Part shown: piece after piece, positions 18,078 through 27,616 of the stretch
Position numbering within the stretch: position 1 is the stretch's first letter
Layout of the letters: each line of letters opens with the position of its first letter
Program-made: the position numbers and the translations under genes
Notes under the pieces: generated by a model
What the model was told of the DNA's origin: nothing
The model's input: the letters and a program-made list of their open reading frames with translations, nothing else
Database searches by the model: none
Assembly (NCBI GenBank): GCA_035292365.1
Contig: DATDQG010000144.1
Location: 1-44,826 of the forward strand
Source: Dehalococcoidia bacterium
Lineage (GTDB): Bacteria; Chloroflexota; Dehalococcoidia; DATDQG01
DNA: 44,826 nt
Direction: 5' to 3'

Positions 18078-19553
18078 CTAGGAGGCATGCAGTTGCTCCT
18101 TAAGCAGGGCGTTGACAAGAGCCGGGTTCGCCCGCCCGCGCGTTTCCTTCATCACTTGCCCCACCAGATAGGTGAAGGCCTGAGACTTGCCGGCTCGGTA
18201 GTCCGTCACGGCCTGCGGCGCCCCTTCGATAATACGGGCCACGGTGCTGGCGAGCTGGTCGCGGTCGCTGATTTGCAGAAGGCCCCGCTCCTCGACAATT
18301 CGCTTTGGGTCCTGCCCAGTGCTGAATACCTGAGCGAAGACCTCTCGGGCCGTGTTGAGGTTGATAGTGCTCGCTTCTACTAAGTCCTGCAATGCGTTGA
18401 GTTGGCTGGGCGTTACCGGCGACTGCTCGACGTCGAGGCCGGCCTCGTGGAGGAGATGGGCCAAGTCGCCCAGAAGCCAGTTGGCCACCGCCTTGGCGCG
18501 GTCGCGCAGGTCGCCGCCGGCAGAGGTGCTCAGGCAGGCCTCGAAGAAATCGGCTTGGGCGCGTGTGCTGGTGAGGAGGTCGGCGTCATAGGGCGGGAGG
18601 CCGTAGTCCGCCGCGAACCGCCGGCGGCGAGCCTCCGGCAGCTCCGGCAGCCGGGCCCGCACCTCACTCACCCACGTGGGTTCCAGGTGCATGGGTGGCA
18701 GGTCAGGCTCGGGGAAGTAGCGATAATCGTGCGCGGACTCTTTGCTCCGCTGGCTCACGGTGACGCCTCGGTCTTCAACCCAGCCACGCGTCTCCTGCGG
18801 TATGCGGCCCCCCTCGTCCAGAAGAGCGCCCTGGCGCTGCACCTCGTACTCGAGGGCACGGATGACCGAGCGGAACGAGTTGATGTTCTTGACCTCCACC
18901 TTGGCGCCGAGCTCGCTGCTGCCCACGGGGCGAATGCTGACGTTGGTGTCGAAACGCATGTTGCCCTTTTCCATGTCGGCCTCGCTGACGCCCAGGTAGC
19001 GCAGGATCTGGCGCAGCTTTAGGCCGTACGCCCGCGCTTCCGCAGGCGATCGCAGGTCTGGCTCGGACACGATTTCCATGAGGGGCACACCGGAGCGGTT
19101 CACGTCCACAAGCGCGTACTGGTCTCCCCAGGGGCTAACCCTGTGGAACAGCTTGGCGGTGTCTTCCTCCAGGTGGACCCGGTTGACCCCGATGCGCTTC
19201 ACCTCTCCTTCTAGGTCGATCTCCAGCCAGCCGTTGGTGCAGAAGGGCGCGTCGTACTGCGAGATCTGGTAGCCCTTCATGAGATCTGGGTATGGGTAGT
19301 TCTTGCGGTCGAACTTGCTATGTTCGTTGATGGAGCAGTGGAGAGCGAGGCCGGTCATCACGGTGAACTCCACCGCCTGCCGGTTGATGACCGGCAGGGA
19401 CCCCGGCAGGCCCAGGCAGACCGGGCAGACGTGCGTGTTCGGAGCGTCGCCGACATAGGCGGCATCGCAGCCGCAGAACATCTTCGTGCGCGTCAGGAGC
19501 TGCGAGTGCACCTCCAGCCCAATGACGGTCTCGTAGCGGGTTGCGATAGCCAT
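18078..19553 (-). CDS. gatB: Asp-tRNA(Asn)/Glu-tRNA(Gln) amidotransferase subunit B
   Basis: 491 aa with [29 protein letters not shown] and a full-length GatB signature. Confidence 0.97.
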   Translation of the reverse strand: MAIATRYETVIGLEVHSQLLTRTKMFCGCDAAYVGDAPNTHVCPVCLGLPGSLPVINRQAVEFTVMTGLALHCSINEHSKFDRKNYPYPDLMKGYQISQYDAPFCTNGWLEIDLEGEVKRIGVNRVHLEEDTAKLFHRVSPWGDQYALVDVNRSGVPLMEIVSEPDLRSPAEARAYGLKLRQILRYLGVSEADMEKGNMRFDTNVSIRPVGSSELGAKVEVKNINSFRSVIRALEYEVQRQGALLDEGGRIPQETRGWVEDRGVTVSQRSKESAHDYRYFPEPDLPPMHLEPTWVSEVRARLPELPEARRRRFAADYGLPPYDADLLTSTRAQADFFEACLSTSAGGDLRDRAKAVANWLLGDLAHLLHEAGLDVEQSPVTPSQLNALQDLVEASTINLNTAREVFAQVFSTGQDPKRIVEERGLLQISDRDQLASTVARIIEGAPQAVTDYRAGKSQAFTYLVGQVMKETRGRANPALVNALLKEQLHAS

Positions 19554-19740
19554 GCTGAAGCCAGGCCTCCCGGCCCAGGATGTGGCCAGTATACGGCCTT
19601 TCGCCTCGACGCAACAGGGCCAATTGGGGACTGTGATGGTGGGGACTGTATGAGGAGTGGCTTGTCTTCCGGGGAAGGACAGCGCGGAGCAGGTCTCGGT
19701 CCTCCTCCGCGCGCCGCTCTTGGCCTCCGGGCGACGTAGG

Positions 19741-19986
19741 CTAGAACCTCATTGTCTCGACCTGATACGCCTTGGTATGAGCGCGATTTAGCGGCGGCAG
19801 TGACGCCATGGCGTGCTCCGCGCTCGCTGCCTCCACCACCACCCAGCCGGCGTGGAAGCCATATGGGCAGGAGCAGTAGTAGTCCTGGCCTTTGACCGGC
19901 CCGGGCACTCCGTAGACCTCGTATTCCTTGCCCAGCTCCTCACACTCCTCGGCCGTGTGCTCACAGTATAGTAGGAATTGTGACAT
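19741..19986 (-). CDS. Small Cys-containing hypothetical protein (81 aa)
   Basis: Start set at ATG 19986, 6 nt after AAGGAG. Four Cys are present (C8, C16, C39, C41). I recognise no family. Confidence 0.55.
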   Translation of the reverse strand: MSQFLLYCEHTAEECEELGKEYEVYGVPGPVKGQDYYCSCPYGFHAGWVVVEAASAEHAMASLPPLNRAHTKAYQVETMRF

Positions 19987-20018
19987 GTTATGCTCCTTAC
20001 TCGTAACTTGGGCGGCCT

Positions 20019-20486
20019 TCACGCAGTTGCGTTTCTGGGTTCATGTGCCAGCGGTGCCTCGAGCTCGGACTTCAGGCGCTGCAGCTCTCTCGCCGTCTCC
20101 TTCTTGATCTCGCCGGCCATCACTGGCTCCAGCAGGCGCCACAGTCCCTTCAAGAACATCGTTCCAGAGACGGTCACTTTCGTCCCTAGTCCCTGGTGTT
20201 CGAGCAGGAACTCGCCGCCGTATTCCACAGGCCCGCGGCTTGTGGTCCTGAACGCTGCCCTTCGGCTGCCCTCCACCTCGGTGATCTCGCAGGTGGTCGT
20301 CATGCGCCAGGGGCCAAGCCTTACGACCTCGTCGAACTTGCTGCCCTTCCGCAGCGGCCCCGGAGTCGCCAGCTTTGATGTGACAACGCCCGACTGCCAC
20401 TTGGGCGCGTTTTCGAAGTCAATGAGGTAGGCGAAGACCTGCTCGACCGGCCTGTCGATCTCGGTGTTGGCCTGAAAACGGATCAT
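20019..20486 (-). CDS. SRPBCC-superfamily (polyketide cyclase/dehydrase-like) protein
   Basis: 155 aa. The N-terminus MIRFQANTEIDRPVEQVFAYLIDFENAPKWQ is typical of SRPBCC/START-like proteins. Confidence 0.8.
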   Translation of the reverse strand: MIRFQANTEIDRPVEQVFAYLIDFENAPKWQSGVVTSKLATPGPLRKGSKFDEVVRLGPWRMTTTCEITEVEGSRRAAFRTTSRGPVEYGGEFLLEHQGLGTKVTVSGTMFLKGLWRLLEPVMAGEIKKETARELQRLKSELEAPLAHEPRNATA

Positions 20487-20542
20487 TGTTCTGCTCCTTT
20501 CGAATGAAGAGGGCCCTGGTCCGTGCTCGTTGGGTGAAGCGC

Positions 20543-20794
20543 CTATGGCTCCGAGAGGACGCAGGTCCTGGCGAATTCCGAGACAACCGCGCCGTAGTTA
20601 GGCTCGAATCCGCGAGCCTCCTCGGCAATGACCACCCCTAAGGGCCTGAACTCCCGCGCGAGGACGCTGACGAGTGCTCCGACGCAGTTGCGGTCCGTGC
20701 CGCCGTCGGCGGAAGCCGCTCCCGCTGGGACGAGCAGGGCAAGCGCCAACGCCGCGCCGACGATCGCGGACCTGCCCAATCTGAACTGTGACAT
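20543..20794 (-). CDS. Small secreted hypothetical protein (83 aa)
   Basis: Start at MSQFRLGRSAIVGAALALALLVPAGAASA (signal peptide). The upstream ORF-track extension runs into a terminator hairpin. Confidence 0.55.
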   Translation of the reverse strand: MSQFRLGRSAIVGAALALALLVPAGAASADGGTDRNCVGALVSVLAREFRPLGVVIAEEARGFEPNYGAVVSEFARTCVLSEP

Positions 20795-20888
20795 GGCTGC
20801 CTCCTTTCGAACTGGCCTGTGCCTAGGCGAAAGGTAGCCCACGGACCGCCACAGGACATGGGACGTTCGTCCTATTTGCGCCAAACAG

Positions 20889-20918
20889 AAAGGGGGCCGC
20901 CTGAAGGCGGCCCCCTTT
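20889..20918 (-). terminator. Rho-independent terminator after the HD-GYP/LuxR regulator gene
   Basis: A perfect 13-bp stem (aaagggggccgcc / ggcggcccccttt) with a 4-nt loop. On the minus strand it is followed by TTTCTGTTT. It lies 19 nt downstream of the stop at 20937. Confidence 0.7.
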
Positions 20919-20936
20919 GAGCCCGAACAGTCGCGC

Positions 20937-22529
20937 TCAGCGGAGCAAATCGTGCTCCACGGCGAAGAGCACGGCGCCTGCCCGGCTGCCCACGCCGATC
21001 TTGCTGTAGATGCTCTCGAGGTGATGACGGATGGTGTTCTCGCTCAGAAAGAGCGCCTCGGCGACCTGCCGCCGAGTGGAGCCCTGGGCAGCCGACCGCA
21101 GGACCTCCACCTCGCGGTCGGTGAGCCCGGCAGGCCACGCCTCGCGACGAGGCCTGAGGCGCTGTCCCGCTTCGCCCAGCTCCTCGAGCAAGGCCTGGAC
21201 GACCTCAGGGTCGAGGTTGCTGCCCGCCTCCTGCCGGATCGCCTCGAGCGCCGCGCTCGCTTCGAGAGCAGGGCGGCCCGGCGAATCGTGCGTGAGGTCA
21301 TCGAACAGGTCGGCAGCAGCGACCATCCGCGCGCCGAGGGGGATGTTGCGCCCCGAGAGGCCACGATAGTAGCCCTGACCGTCCATGCGTTCGTGATGCG
21401 CTCCAACAGAGAGGGCGCTCGACTGAAATGCCGGGACTTTGCCCAGGATACGCTCGCCGTGGTACGGATGGAGGCGCAGCCTCTCATGCTCGGCTTGGCT
21501 AAGGGCACGGTCGGGCTTCTGCAACGTGAAGGCGGGAACGGTCACGAGGCCCACGTCGTGCATGATTGCCGCGCGGCGGATGATAGGCAGCTCGGTTTCC
21601 GGGAGCTTCATTCCGGCGGAGATGCGGTCTGCCAGGGCGGCGACGCCCCGAGCGTGGCCGGCGAGGCGCGGCGACTTCAGCTCGACGAAGTCGGCGAAGG
21701 CCAGAGCGGCGTCGTCGAGTTGCGCCCCGTCGATGTACCGGTCTCTGGAGTCGGGCTCCATGGACAGCACCGTCTCCCAAACGCTCTGCTCTTCTTCCAG
21801 GGCCGCCCAGAAACTGGGTTTCTGCGAGAGGGAGAGGAACGCATCCACCACGAGCGGATCGAAGGACTTGCCTTTCCGCTCTGAGATCAACTTCCCGGCG
21901 GCCTTGCTACCGCCTGCCCGGTGGAGAATCTCGACGAGTGCCGCGACCGCCATGATGCGAGAAACGAGGGGAATCGTCTCTCCTCGAAGGCCGCGAGGCA
22001 TTCCCTTGCCGTCCCACCTCTCCACGCAGGAAAGGAGGGCGTTCTGTACGCCTTGCGATAGCCGCAAGCGAGAGGCGATCCGTTGAGCCACCTCGCACTC
22101 CCCCGCTGCCCCGTCGCGCTCAAGCTCTCGGCTATGCACGAGGAAGTCCAGGATGCGTTTGGCGCGGGTGGCGAAAGATGCCCCAGAGGCGACGTGCTGG
22201 GCGACCCAGCTCAGCATCGCGAGTTCGTCGTCCTGGTTGCGCGTGACCAGGTCGGCGATGGCGGCCATCTCGTCGCCGGCGAGGAAGGTGGCCATCTGGC
22301 TCGAGCTGCAGGTGCAACCGCCGTCTTTCACAAGCCCAGCGTAGTACAGATCGTGTTTTTCCTGCGCCGGCAGCTCGATCTCCTCGGCAAGATGCATGCT
22401 GATGTAGCAGGCACGCAGGCCGTGCTCTGCGGGCAGTCCCATCGCGAGATCGGAGGCCAGCGAAAACGCGCCGAGCACCTCGGCCAATCGGGTGCGCTCC
22501 TGCGGCGCGATCCTTGAGCGGTCCATCAT
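20937..22529 (-). CDS. Tandem HD-GYP-type domains fused to a LuxR-family HTH (transcriptional regulator)
   Basis: 530 aa. The second domain is canonical-like: HARGVA...MHDVG...LHPYHGE...GAHHERMDGQGYYRG. The first is degenerate: KDGGCTCSS...VERWDGKGMPRGL. The C-terminal LuxR HTH reads LTDREVEVLRSAAQGSTRRQVAEALFLSENTIRHHLESIYSKIG. Confidence 0.85.
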   Translation of the reverse strand: MMDRSRIAPQERTRLAEVLGAFSLASDLAMGLPAEHGLRACYISMHLAEEIELPAQEKHDLYYAGLVKDGGCTCSSSQMATFLAGDEMAAIADLVTRNQDDELAMLSWVAQHVASGASFATRAKRILDFLVHSRELERDGAAGECEVAQRIASRLRLSQGVQNALLSCVERWDGKGMPRGLRGETIPLVSRIMAVAALVEILHRAGGSKAAGKLISERKGKSFDPLVVDAFLSLSQKPSFWAALEEEQSVWETVLSMEPDSRDRYIDGAQLDDAALAFADFVELKSPRLAGHARGVAALADRISAGMKLPETELPIIRRAAIMHDVGLVTVPAFTLQKPDRALSQAEHERLRLHPYHGERILGKVPAFQSSALSVGAHHERMDGQGYYRGLSGRNIPLGARMVAAADLFDDLTHDSPGRPALEASAALEAIRQEAGSNLDPEVVQALLEELGEAGQRLRPRREAWPAGLTDREVEVLRSAAQGSTRRQVAEALFLSENTIRHHLESIYSKIGVGSRAGAVLFAVEHDLLR

Positions 22530-22594
22530 TGTCTTGGGCTAGCTAGTGGCAGGGGGCCGCCATTCTGTGGGAGACGGCTCTAAGGAGCGGAGGG

Positions 22595-23449
22595 CTACTC
22601 CTCCTCCTCCTCATCATCGTCATCTTCTTCCTCGATGAGGCGCTCGCGACGCGTCATCCGGGCCTCGGTGCCTTCCTCCTCCCTTTCTTCCTCAGCCTCT
22701 TCTGGCCACTCGCGCTCCCACTCAGGCTCGGCGGTTGCCCGCTCCTCGACGTCGCCGTAGCGCAGCAAGGAGCCTCTGATGTAAGAGCGGTAGGCCTCGT
22801 GCGTTCTCGTTGGGAAGGAGAGCTTCCCGGCGTGATCGGGGTGCTGGTACGTCTCCTTGATGATCACTGTAATGGAGCCTTTGTCCACACTGGTAACCGC
22901 AGCGGCGTACCGGTTGCCCCCCTCCATCAACGACAGAAGACGGAGGGTCAGGCGGGGCTCCACTTCGCCCAGGTACTCTTCTTGGCTGCTCTTTACCAGC
23001 AGACTACGGCCTTCCACTATCAGCAGGACGGGGTCTCCCGGCGCGACCTTCGCCAGCACGTCGGGTTGCGCGGGCTGTGTCAGCCTCGTAATGCCCGTCT
23101 TTCCGGTTTCCTCGAGGAAGAGGTCGGGAGCCAGGTGAGCGCGCGGTGTGCGCGTCGTCTCCACGTTGGCGGCCTGAGCAAGGCGCTCCAGGTTGCGTCG
23201 GGCGATGGTGTTGGAGCGGTCCAGGTCTGCGGCACGCTGGTAGGTATCGCGTGCCTCCGCCAGCCGGCCCAGCTCCATGAGCGCCTTCCCCAGGCGGTTC
23301 AGCGCCTCCACATCGTTCGGGAACTGCTCGAGGAGCTCTCTGTTGACGGCGACCGCGCGCTCCCATTGGCTCGCCAGCGCTAGCGAAACCGCTTCGTTTG
23401 CCAGCTGTCTTCGGTGTCTTTCTGTCGCCTCGGTACGACCTTGCGTCAT
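22595..23449 (-). CDS. TPR-repeat protein with poly-acidic C-terminal tail
   Basis: 284 aa. N-terminal TPR-like repeats (EALNRLGKALMELGRLAEARDTYQRAADLD) are followed by a middle beta-rich region. The C-terminus is EEEDDDDEEEEE. GAAGGAG lies upstream of the ATG. Confidence 0.78.
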   Translation of the reverse strand: MTQGRTEATERHRRQLANEAVSLALASQWERAVAVNRELLEQFPNDVEALNRLGKALMELGRLAEARDTYQRAADLDRSNTIARRNLERLAQAANVETTRTPRAHLAPDLFLEETGKTGITRLTQPAQPDVLAKVAPGDPVLLIVEGRSLLVKSSQEEYLGEVEPRLTLRLLSLMEGGNRYAAAVTSVDKGSITVIIKETYQHPDHAGKLSFPTRTHEAYRSYIRGSLLRYGDVEERATAEPEWEREWPEEAEEEREEEGTEARMTRRERLIEEEDDDDEEEEE

Positions 23450-23580
23450 GCTGCTCCTTCAGAGTGCCAGTTGCATGGCTCGCGAGTTCAGCGCGAAAGA
23501 GATTTCAGGCTACGGCGCTATGTTCGCAGATCGCCTGATGGTATCTGAGCACCACTACGTGAACGGTGCTCTGCTCATCC

Positions 23581-23769
23581 TTATTCCCAGCCGATGATCC
23601 ACACACAAAGGCCGGCGAGGCCGATAGTGGCGACAACCAGCGCAGCGGTCTGACGCGGCAAGAGCCCCACGTCCTTGGCCGAGAAAAGCAGGATGGCAAC
23701 CATCGCCGCCGCCAGAACAAGCCAGGCGATCATCTGCGGGTGTTTTCGGGCCGTTTCGCGCCAGTTCAT
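23581..23769 (-). CDS. Small two-helix membrane protein (62 aa)
   Basis: Two hydrophobic helices (IAWLVLAAAMVAILLF, ALVVATIGLAGLCVWIIGW). It lies in an operon-like position after tmk. Confidence 0.5.
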   Translation of the reverse strand: MNWRETARKHPQMIAWLVLAAAMVAILLFSAKDVGLLPRQTAALVVATIGLAGLCVWIIGWE

Positions 23770-23809
23770 CCATCACCCCCTTCTAACGGGGCAGTATCAT
23801 ACACCAATA

Positions 23810-24478
23810 TTAACGCGCTTGGGCAACACCACCCTTGCCAAGACCGTTAAGAAATCGTTGGGATGCGTCCCAAATGAGCCTGCTTAGCGTGCGCGGCGGC
23901 TGCTGGGCGTCAAGAACCAGCCAACGGGTGGCCGAAGCCGCCGCTTGATCGAGGTACGATTGTCGCACGCGCTGTGTGAACTCCAGCGGCTGGGACTCGA
24001 AGCGACTCAGCCCGCGGGGCCTATGGCGCCCCGCGGCGATCCGCTGAAAGCCGATCTCAGGCGGCAGGTCCAGAAGCACGATGAGGTCGGGTTCAAGGCC
24101 GCTGGTCGCGAGGGCGATCGTGGCGGCGATGCGGTCGGCACTGATACCACGGCCCGCGCCCTGATAGGCCCAGGTCGATGGCGTGTAGCGGTCCGCCACG
24201 ACCACGCCGCCTTGCGCGAGCCTGGGCCGCACCACATGGCTCATGAGCTGGGCACGAGCGGCGGCGATGAGCAGCAACTCAGCCTCCGCTGTTACCGGAT
24301 AGCGCCGATCGACGATGAGTCGTCGGAGGATCCGCCCGAGCGGAGTGCCTCCCGGCTCTCGCGTCAGTAGAGCTTCGATGCCGCGGCGGCGGAGACGCAG
24401 CCGGAATGCTCGTGCTTGCGTCGATTTGCCAGCGCCATCCAGGCCCTCGAAGACAATGAAGCGGCCTATCGGGGGCAG
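23810..24478 (-). CDS. tmk: Thymidylate kinase (start codon non-canonical or unresolved)
   Basis: The in-frame translation upstream of the ORF-track start (TTG 24277) reads GRFIVFEGLDGAGKSTQARAF...TREPGGTPLG, which is the Tmk P-loop. There is no ATG/GTG/TTG in frame upstream of it. The 5' end is placed at CTG 24478, 4 nt after the upstream TGA; ATT 24457 is an alternative. Confidence 0.82.
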   Translation of the reverse strand: MPPIGRFIVFEGLDGAGKSTQARAFRLRLRRRGIEALLTREPGGTPLGRILRRLIVDRRYPVTAEAELLLIAAARAQLMSHVVRPRLAQGGVVVADRYTPSTWAYQGAGRGISADRIAATIALATSGLEPDLIVLLDLPPEIGFQRIAAGRHRPRGLSRFESQPLEFTQRVRQSYLDQAAASATRWLVLDAQQPPRTLSRLIWDASQRFLNGLGKGGVAQAR

Positions 24479-24482
24479 GTGC

Positions 24483-26042
24483 TCAGGGGTCGTCGGACTC
24501 CTCCTGAGGGCGGGTCCGCTGGATGATGACAGACCGGTAGGGCTCGCGGCCGCGGCTGAAGGAATAGAGCTGGTACTCTTCGGCCAACTGGTGTTGCAGC
24601 CGCCGGACGTAGGCGTTCTGCGGGGCCAGTTCGAGGGCGCTGTCCTGCTCTAGCACCCGCTGAATCACCACCTCGGTTTCGTGAAGCGCCTGTTGCACAG
24701 GGTCCACGCTTCCGGCGCCTCGAAATGTCATCAGAAACTGCTCGAGCTGCGGCAAGGCGCTGCTCTTGACGACATAGACCGGCACTCCTGCGCCTTCGGC
24801 CGACCGGATGATGGGGGGCTTCCGCCGGTAGAACGCGCGGGAGGTGACCAGCACCTCCGCGTCTTGGAGGCTCTCCACGATGGCGATGGGGATGTGTAGC
24901 TCGTGGGCCGCGCGCTCCAGGCCGTTGCGATGGACGCCAAACGACAGGAGACGCAAGGCGTGGTCCTGTGAGCCTTCGGAAGGCTCGGCCCGCTCGCCGC
25001 GTCCCCGTGCGATGGTTCCCCGGCTGGGCATCGCTGCGGCCTTGCCGGCTTCCCGATGCACGTTCCCTTCCTCGTCCCGCCACCGGAGCTCGGGAGCCAT
25101 GCGCCGGCCGCGGAGCAGCGCGTCCACTGTCTCGGCCACGTTGTCGTGCACGGCCACGCGGTCGAAACCCTGAATTTCGACGATGATATCGAACGTGGGA
25201 GGGGCTTTCCGCTCCAGCACCGTCTTTTGCGTGCCGCGACGCCGGGCTTCTTCGTCGCCGAGCGTCACCGCCTGAATGCCGCCGATCAGGTCGGACAGCG
25301 TGGGGTTGAGGACGAGATTGTCGAGAGTGTTGCCGTGGGCTGTCCCGACGAGCTGCACGCCGCGCTCGGCGATCGTGCGGGCGGCTACCGCCTCCAGCTC
25401 CGTCCCGATCTCGTCGATGACGATGACTTCGGGCATGTGGTTCTCGACGGCCTCGATCATGACTGCGTGTTGCAGGTTTGGCGAGCGCACCTGCATTCGG
25501 CGGGCTGAGCCGATGGCGGAGTGTGGGATATCGCCATCGCCCGCGATCTCGTTGGAGGTGTCGACGATGATGACCCGCTTGCGCGCGTCGTCCGCCAGCA
25601 CACGCGCCACCTCGCGCAGAACAGTGGTCTTGCCGACGCCGGGCCGCCCGAGCAGCAGGAGGCTTTTGTCGGAGCGCACGAGGTCCTCGATGATATTGAT
25701 GGTCCCGTAGACGGCGCGGCCGACACGACACGTGAGGCCGACGATACGGCCGCTGCGGCTGCGGAAGGCGGAGATGCGATGGAGCGTCCGCTCGATACCG
25801 GCGCGGTTGTCATCACCGAAGTGGCCGATGCGCGCCACGACGTACTCCAAGTCCGCGTGGCTGACCTCCTCCGTGCCGAGACGGATCTCGTGCCCTGGGA
25901 AGCGCGCCGATGGCAGCCGGCCCAGGTCCAGCACGACCTCCAGCAAGTCGGATAGCTCCTCGCTCTCCTCAAGAGCGGCCCTGAGATTTGGGGGCAGCGT
26001 CGCCAGAAGGGCGCCCAGATCGTCAGTGATGCGCAGCTGCAT
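24483..26042 (-). CDS. SpoIIIAA/Ycf45-like AAA ATPase with C-terminal R3H nucleic-acid-binding domain
   Basis: 519 aa. Walker A is [16 protein letters not shown] and Walker B is [10 protein letters not shown]. The C-terminal R3H-like motif is [15 protein letters not shown]. Confidence 0.83.
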   Translation of the reverse strand: MQLRITDDLGALLATLPPNLRAALEESEELSDLLEVVLDLGRLPSARFPGHEIRLGTEEVSHADLEYVVARIGHFGDDNRAGIERTLHRISAFRSRSGRIVGLTCRVGRAVYGTINIIEDLVRSDKSLLLLGRPGVGKTTVLREVARVLADDARKRVIIVDTSNEIAGDGDIPHSAIGSARRMQVRSPNLQHAVMIEAVENHMPEVIVIDEIGTELEAVAARTIAERGVQLVGTAHGNTLDNLVLNPTLSDLIGGIQAVTLGDEEARRRGTQKTVLERKAPPTFDIIVEIQGFDRVAVHDNVAETVDALLRGRRMAPELRWRDEEGNVHREAGKAAAMPSRGTIARGRGERAEPSEGSQDHALRLLSFGVHRNGLERAAHELHIPIAIVESLQDAEVLVTSRAFYRRKPPIIRSAEGAGVPVYVVKSSALPQLEQFLMTFRGAGSVDPVQQALHETEVVIQRVLEQDSALELAPQNAYVRRLQHQLAEEYQLYSFSRGREPYRSVIIQRTRPQEESDDP

Positions 26043-26048
26043 CCGACC

Positions 26049-26990
26049 TCAGGCGCGCACGGGCACCAAGCGTGCTTGCGGCACGCGGACGGCCAATGGT
26101 TTCACCAGGGAAACGTACGCAGCAACTGGGCTGAACGCGAGGTCTTCCAGCACGCCTCCAAGAGCCTGGTACTCTGGGACGAGGCAAAGGACGACCTGAC
26201 ACCGAAGCTGCTGGAGTCCGAAGCGCACGAGCTCCTCCGTCGGGGCGGCGGGTGTGGCCAGCAGGTCGAGAAAGCCGGTCCGTCCTTCCCTCTGGACCGA
26301 CAACCACGCCTGAATCCCGTCTTGGATGAGCAGCCACTGCCTCGTCCGCCGACCGGCGACCCGTCGGTCTCGCGTTTCCTGCCATTCCTGTAGCGTTAGT
26401 CCCTCTGCCTGTCGAACCCATGCCGGAGCGAGGGATGTGTAAAGTCGGAAGAGGTCGGGGGCATCGTTGCGCCTTCGTGGACGAAGGCCGGGCGGCGCTT
26501 CAGCTTCGCTGATGGCGGGATGCAACGCCACAAACAGCGTCTCGCGCAGGTATGGCACGTACCCCGCCCGTCGAGCGGACGGCAGGAGGGGGCTTTCCTC
26601 GGGGAGGCGGAGGAAGACCTTTTGGACGCCCTGGAGCCCGGCCTCCCGCGAGAGGGACTCCAGCAGCGGCAGGGACACCTCTTCATGGTCTTCGCCGCCG
26701 AGCAGGAGCGCTTCGACCTCCCAAATGCTCGGCCCGGTCTTCTGGCGAGCCGCGAGGAAGCCACGGAGATCGTTGCCTTCGTAGCAAACCCAGGCCCGGC
26801 TATGTCCTTCGATGGGCAGCATCCGCTCGAGCAACGAGCCGATCAGCGCGGGGCCGGACGGGTCGCCGCTGAGCCTGCTCCGGGGCTTGGCGGCGTTCCA
26901 CCAGCCCGCTCCGCCTGTACGGCTCATGAGGGCCAACAGGTCTGTGGGGCGCAGGGCCCGGACGGTCGTTCGAATCGTGGTGGGTAGCAT
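26049..26990 (-). CDS. Hypothetical protein, possibly tandem GNAT-like acyltransferase fold
   Basis: Start set at ATG 26990, which overlaps the pdxT TGA by 1 nt (TGATG). The ORF-track extension to 27335 overlaps pdxT. The family assignment is weak. Confidence 0.55.
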   Translation of the reverse strand: MLPTTIRTTVRALRPTDLLALMSRTGGAGWWNAAKPRSRLSGDPSGPALIGSLLERMLPIEGHSRAWVCYEGNDLRGFLAARQKTGPSIWEVEALLLGGEDHEEVSLPLLESLSREAGLQGVQKVFLRLPEESPLLPSARRAGYVPYLRETLFVALHPAISEAEAPPGLRPRRRNDAPDLFRLYTSLAPAWVRQAEGLTLQEWQETRDRRVAGRRTRQWLLIQDGIQAWLSVQREGRTGFLDLLATPAAPTEELVRFGLQQLRCQVVLCLVPEYQALGGVLEDLAFSPVAAYVSLVKPLAVRVPQARLVPVRA

Positions 26991-27568
26991 CAAGAAGCGT
27001 CCGCGTTCACGAGGTCCAGAAAGTAGCGGTGCACGCGCAAGTCGCTGGTCAACTCTGGGTGAAACGCGATGACTACGAGCGAGCCCTGACGCGCCCCGAC
27101 GATGGTCCCGTCGGGCAGGCGGGAGAGCACCTCTACGTCGGGCCCGATACTCTGAATGAGGGGCGCTCGGATAAAGACGGCGTGCAGGCGGCCGACCCCA
27201 GCGAACTGGACGTCGGTCTCGAAGGAGTCGACCTGGCGACCGAATGCGTTGCGTTCCACGCTGATATCCATAAGCCCGAGCGTTTCGTACGGAAGATCGG
27301 TCGCCTCGCGAGCCATGACGATCATTCCGGCACACGTTCCTAGGACCGGCATCCCTGCCCTCGCCCTTTCGCGGATCTTGGGCAACAGCCCGTACGCCGC
27401 CATGAGCTTGCTGATGGTCGTGCTCTCGCCGCCCGGGACGATGAGGCCTTCGATTCCGTCCAGGTCGCTGACCTGACGCACCTCCACCGGCTCCACGCCT
27501 AGGCGCCGAAGCGCGGCTATATGCTCGGCGAAGTCACCTTGCAGAGAAAGCACTCCGATGCGGCTCAT
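26990..27568 (-). CDS. pdxT: Pyridoxal 5'-phosphate synthase glutaminase subunit PdxT
   Basis: 192 aa with MSRIGVLSLQGDFAEHI, GTCAGMI (catalytic Cys) and FHPE. Confidence 0.95.
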   Translation of the reverse strand: MSRIGVLSLQGDFAEHIAALRRLGVEPVEVRQVSDLDGIEGLIVPGGESTTISKLMAAYGLLPKIRERARAGMPVLGTCAGMIVMAREATDLPYETLGLMDISVERNAFGRQVDSFETDVQFAGVGRLHAVFIRAPLIQSIGPDVEVLSRLPDGTIVGARQGSLVVIAFHPELTSDLRVHRYFLDLVNADAS

Positions 27569-27616
27569 CTATTCGGGCTATAGCTGCTACCCCAAGTGCT
27601 AGGAACGATCGCTTTC

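Noticed and set aside
20591-20620. A T-loop-like string, ggctcgaatccgcgagcc, that suggested a tRNA.
   Set aside because: The loop is 6 nt rather than 7. No acceptor, D or anticodon arms can be drawn around it, and it lies inside a plausible CDS (20543-20794).
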